A stretch of DNA of 64,000 nt from Histomonas meleagridis 2922-C6/04-290x (lineage: Eukaryota; Protista; Parabasalia): the NCBI GenBank assembly GCA_020184695.1, contig JAANOX010000034.1, forward strand, positions 1-64,000, given 5' to 3'. The notes under the pieces were generated by a model that saw nothing but the letters and a program-made list of their open reading frames with translations, searched no databases and was not told the origin of the DNA. Numbering within the stretch: position 1 is the stretch's first letter; the number at the start of each line of letters is the position of its first letter. Of this stretch, positions 62,468 through 64,000 are shown one piece after another. Position numbers and translations under genes: made by a program.

Positions 62468-64000
62468 TTATGAATTATTTGATCTGGCCGCATTTAAGTT
62501 TTGTATCATGAAATTTCTTTGTTCCTCTATACTTCCCAAATTTCTTACCATATTATTTACTGGTTTTACATTATTTTTATTCTGTGGCATGACTTTATGA
62601 ACGGGTTGAACATGTTGATGTTGAGTTAAAATTTCATTTTCTGTTACTTCAGTATAAGCCATCTCCTTTAAAAATGGTATCCTTATCACAGGTACATATG
62701 AATTAATTTTCTGGGCTTTAATTTCATTTACCAAAACTTTTGGCACTTTTTCTCTTGGCGCTTGTTTTTTCTTTACAGGTTTTACATTTGTCCGAGTATA
62801 AATCAATACATAAGCATCTCTTGAATGTGCAGATTTTGAATTTGTCATTTTTACAATTTCATCATTAAATAAATACCATTTCTTCAATTCATGATGATAA
62901 GCACGTGCCACATAATGTCCACCACTTAAATCACCTGAATGTTCAATTATACTTTGTAATTTGTATTTGTTTTCAGATAAATTTGGATCTTGAGGCTCCC
63001 TAATCAAAGGCGATAAATCAAGGTAATTTGGATACTTTACATCAACGTCAAGCTTAATAGAGCCGGAAGCCGTTTGCAAAAACCGCTTTAATTGAATGAT
63101 TAAAATTTCTGGGGCACTCCAAATTTCCATTTTTTTCTTTGCACAAACAAATTTCCTACAATGTGGACAAAGCCATTTATTATTCATATCTAAAGTATCC
63201 TCTTGCTGAAATATATTTAAACATTCTTCTAAAGTGACCTTTTTTTTAAGACGTTCTTCAGGAGGTATTTCAGGTTCTTTAATAATTCTAATATTTTTAA
63301 TAAGATTCCAATTAAACTTTGTTTGGTCTTTAATAATAGAAGGATTAAGAATAACATCAATGATTCCAGTTGTTAAACGTGAATGACGTTCTTTTTCAAT
63401 CGGATAAGAATTTGATACTTTAATAAGTTCGTTATCAAGAAATTGGAAATTTGGATTTTCACAAATTGATTCTTTTATCTCTAAAAGATTTTCAGGGATT
63501 TCTTCTTGCGTCGGAGTAAATAAGACATTAAATCTATTTTCGCATGCTTCTTTAATATCTTCATTTGATGGATTTGGTTTATGAATTTCAACTAAAAATA
63601 TTCCATCGATTTCGAAAGGTAAAACTTTCTTCTCGACTAAAACGATTTCTTTAAAAGAAATCAAACGAACGCAAATGAAAACGCCTTCATCTGAATGATG
63701 AGGAATTTCATAAGCATAAGAAGAACATAAAATATTTTGATTTAAAGGATTTAAAGTTTTTCCTTTTGCCGAATCGATAGAAGGAATCGAAGATCTCCAT
63801 CTTAAATTATCATTACTATTTTCAGTTCTTTCAGTGAACATTATATCTATAACATCTTGTTGAATCTTTTGACTTATTGCTTCACAATATTCAAGGATTG
63901 AAGCAGGTTTAATAGTTGCTATTTGCATTTGAACTTTAGGCTTAGTTAAGTCATAAGGTACAAATATAAATGGAATAGTTAATTCTTTTGGAATAGGTAA
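62468..64000 (-). CDS. Ubiquitin-specific protease (USP4/11/15-like), 5' part outside the window
   Basis: TLEECL.IF...DTL...NKWLCPHC, WSAPEILIIQLKRF, HSGDLSGGHY, WYLFND. The frame is open from 63928 to the window edge (LPIPKELTIPF...). No Cys box in the window. Confidence 0.9.
   Translation of the reverse strand, partial: LPIPKELTIPFIFVPYDLTKPKVQMQIATIKPASILEYCEAISQKIQQDVIDIMFTERTENSNDNLRWRSSIPSIDSAKGKTLNPLNQNILCSSYAYEIPHHSDEGVFICVRLISFKEIVLVEKKVLPFEIDGIFLVEIHKPNPSNEDIKEACENRFNVLFTPTQEEIPENLLEIKESICENPNFQFLDNELIKVSNSYPIEKERHSRLTTGIIDVILNPSIIKDQTKFNWNLIKNIRIIKEPEIPPEERLKKKVTLEECLNIFQQEDTLDMNNKWLCPHCRKFVCAKKKMEIWSAPEILIIQLKRFLQTASGSIKLDVDVKYPNYLDLSPLIREPQDPNLSENKYKLQSIIEHSGDLSGGHYVARAYHHELKKWYLFNDEIVKMTNSKSAHSRDAYVLIYTRTNVKPVKKKQAPREKVPKVLVNEIKAQKINSYVPVIRIPFLKEMAYTEVTENEILTQHQHVQPVHKVMPQNKNNVKPVNNMVRNLGSIEEQRNFMIQNLNAARSNNS

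Noticed and set aside
1-64000. tRNA, rRNA or canonical spliceosomal introns
   Set aside because: None recognised by eye (no cloverleaf, no ACTAAC-CAG intron end); tRNAscan-SE/Infernal would be needed to exclude them.

Overview
This is very AT-rich, apparently intron-poor eukaryotic DNA. Gene content, TCATT/TCACT initiators just before ATGs and stop codons embedded in TAAA point to a parabasalid (Tritrichomonas/Histomonas/Trichomonas-like; inference). Intact single-copy genes: TKL pseudokinase, 4-domain saposin-like protein, NMD3, VPS9 GEF, two Rabs, glycogen phosphorylase, PITP, BTB-DUF3447, ARM protein, PME-1, Vps16, importin-beta family, Mon1/HPS1-like, two USPs, MyTH4-RhoGAP. They sit in islands between about 10 copies or remnants of a BspA/TpLRR surface-protein family. 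Three observations stand out. (1) The BspA copies are mosaics: different N-modules, stalks and cytosolic tails are joined through a near-identical LRR core, and a two-gene cassette occurs three times, once inverted. (2) They share an unusual N-terminal module plus a hydrophobic hairpin ahead of the LRRs. (3) The saposin polyprotein has four cationic domains, each flanked by Asn-containing motifs and acidic spacers. The left end carries a transposon-like remnant. Caveat: many BspA frameshifts fall in homopolymers and may be consensus errors in repeats. All product calls come from motif recognition by eye, not database searches.
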